This document shows, in pieces, positions 62,177-64,000 of a stretch of 64,000 nucleotides of DNA. The translations under genes and the position numbers were made by a program. The notes beneath the pieces were generated by a model, which was given only the letters and a program-made list of their open reading frames with translations, ran no database searches and had not been told where the DNA came from. Source of the DNA: Haliotis rufescens (lineage: Eukaryota); contig NW_025963913.1 of NCBI RefSeq assembly GCF_023055435.1, positions 12,772,001 to 12,836,000 of the forward strand. Reading direction: 5' to 3'. The first letter of the stretch is position 1, and every line of letters begins with the position of its first letter.

Positions 62177-64000
62177 GTATGGTGTGCTTCCCTCAGTTAC
62201 ATCAGCCAGGTACACAGTGTGTCTCCCCTCAGTTACATCAGCCAGGTACACAGTGTGTCTCCCCTCAGTTACATCAGCCAGGTACACAGTGTGTCTCCCC
62301 TCAGTTACAACAACCAGGCACACAGTGTGTCCCCCGCTCAGTTACATCAGCCAGGCACACAGTGTGTCTCCCCTCAGATACATCAGCCAGGTACACAGTG
62401 TGTCTCCCCTCAGTTACATGAGCCAGGTACTGTGTGTCTCCCCTCAGTTACATCAGCCAGGCACACAGTGTGTCTCCCCTCAGTTACATCAGCCAGGTAC
62501 ACAGTGTGTCTCCCCTCAGTTACATCAGCCAGGTACTGTGTGTCTCCCCTCAGTTACATCAGCCAGGTACACAGTGTGTCTCCCCTCAGTTACATCAGCC
62601 AGGTACACAGTGTGTCTCCCCTCAGTTACAACAACCAGGCACACAGTGTGTCCCCCGCTCAGTTACATCAGCCAGGCACACAGTGTGTCTCCCCTCAGAT
62701 ACATCAGCCAGGTACACAGTGTGTCTCCCCTCAGTTACATGAGCCAGGTACTGTGTGTCTCCCCTCAGTTACATCAGCCAGGCACACAGTGTGTCTCCCC
62801 TCAGTTACATCAGCCAGGTACACAGTGTGTCTCCCCTCAGTTACATCAGCCAGGTTCACAGTGTGTCTCCCCTCAGTTACATCAGCCAGGTACTGTGTGT
62901 CTCCCCTCAGTTACATCAGCCAGGTACACAGTGTGTCTCCCCTCAGTTACATGAGCCATGTACACAGTGTGTCTCCCCTCAGTTACATCAGCCAGGTACT
63001 GTGTGTCTCCCCTCAGTTACATCAGCCAGGTACACAGTGTGTCTCCCCTCAGTTACATGAGCCATGTACACAGTGTGTCTCCCCTCAGTTACATCAGCCA
63101 GGTACTGTGTGTCTCCCCTCAGTTACATCAGCCAGGTACACAGTGTGTCTCCCCTCAGTTACATCAGCCAGGTATACAGTGTGTCTCCCCTCAGTTACAT
63201 CAGCCAGGTACACTGTGTGTCTCCCCTCAGTTACATCAGCCAGGTACACGTGTGTCTCCCCTCAGTTACATCAGCCAGGTGCACAGTGTGTCTCCCCTCA
63301 GTTACATCAGCCAGGTACACACTGTGTCTCCCCTCAGTTACATCAACCAGGTACACACTGTGTCTCCCCCCAGTTACAACAACCAGGTACACAGTGTGTC
63401 TCCCCTCAGTTACATCAGCCAGGTACACAGTGTGTCTCCCCTCAGTTACATCAACCAGGTACACACTGTGTCTCCCCTCAGTTACATCAGCCAGGTACAC
63501 AGTGTGTCTCCCCCCAGTTACATCAGCCAGGTACACAGTGTGTCTCCCCCCAGTTACAACAACCAGGTACACAGTGTGTCTCCCCCCAGTTACATCAGCC
63601 AGGTACACAGTGTGTCTCCCCTCAGTTACATCAGCCAGGTACACAGTGTGTCTCCCCTCAGTTACATCAGCCAGGTACACAGTGTGTCTCCCCTCAGTTA
63701 CATCAGCCAGGTACACAGTGTGTCTCCCCTCAGTTACAACAACCAGGTACACAGTGTGTCTCCCCTCAGTTACATCAGCCAGGTACACAGTGTGTCTCCC
63801 CTCAGTTACATCAGCCAGGCACACAGTGTGTCTCCCCCCAGTTACATCAGCCAGGTACACAGTGTGTCTCCCCTCAGTTACATCAACCAGGTACACAGTG
63901 TGTCTCCCCTCAGTTACATGAGCCAGGTACTGTGTGTCTCCCCTCAGTTACATCAGCCAGGTACACAGTGTGTCTCCCCTCAGTTACATCAGCCAGGTAC
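62153..64000 (+). repeat. 36-bp tandem array made of the last 24 nt of exon 21, the donor and 12 nt of intron (~50 copies, runs off the window)
   Basis: Unit tctcccctcagttacatcagccag|gtacacagtgtg, with 33-35-bp variants. Confidence 0.95.

Noticed and set aside
62141-63921. Long repetitive ORFs (CLPSVTSARYTV etc.)
   Set aside because: Artefact of the 36-bp array; only the SPLSYISQ frame relates to the real exon

Overview
AT-rich, intron-rich metazoan genomic DNA. The SINE/MITE repertoire looks molluscan, possibly gastropod (inference only). Manual splicing gives three protein-coding genes, none visible as a whole ORF. (1) A 4-exon HDNR-motif gene resembling vertebrate C3orf84/CIMIP7 (+, 2132-15068, 252 aa). 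(2) A complete 6-exon mitochondrial ribosomal protein MRPL42/mL42 gene (-, 19281-27964, 142 aa). (3) Head-to-head with it, an acylamino-acid-releasing enzyme gene APEH (+, from ~28061; 21 coding exons in the window, 3' end beyond 64000). Introns hold a decayed CR1/L2-type LINE, a decayed mariner, a probable solo LTR, SINEs, many MITEs and large minisatellites. The most striking pattern is that four different APEH exon 3' ends, each with its splice donor, have been amplified into tandem arrays (73, 32, 53 and 36 bp units; ~10 to ~75 copies) running into the downstream intron, giving well over 100 donor-like copies. The second highlight is an apparent pair of mutually exclusive 31-nt microexons just downstream of the APEH catalytic serine.
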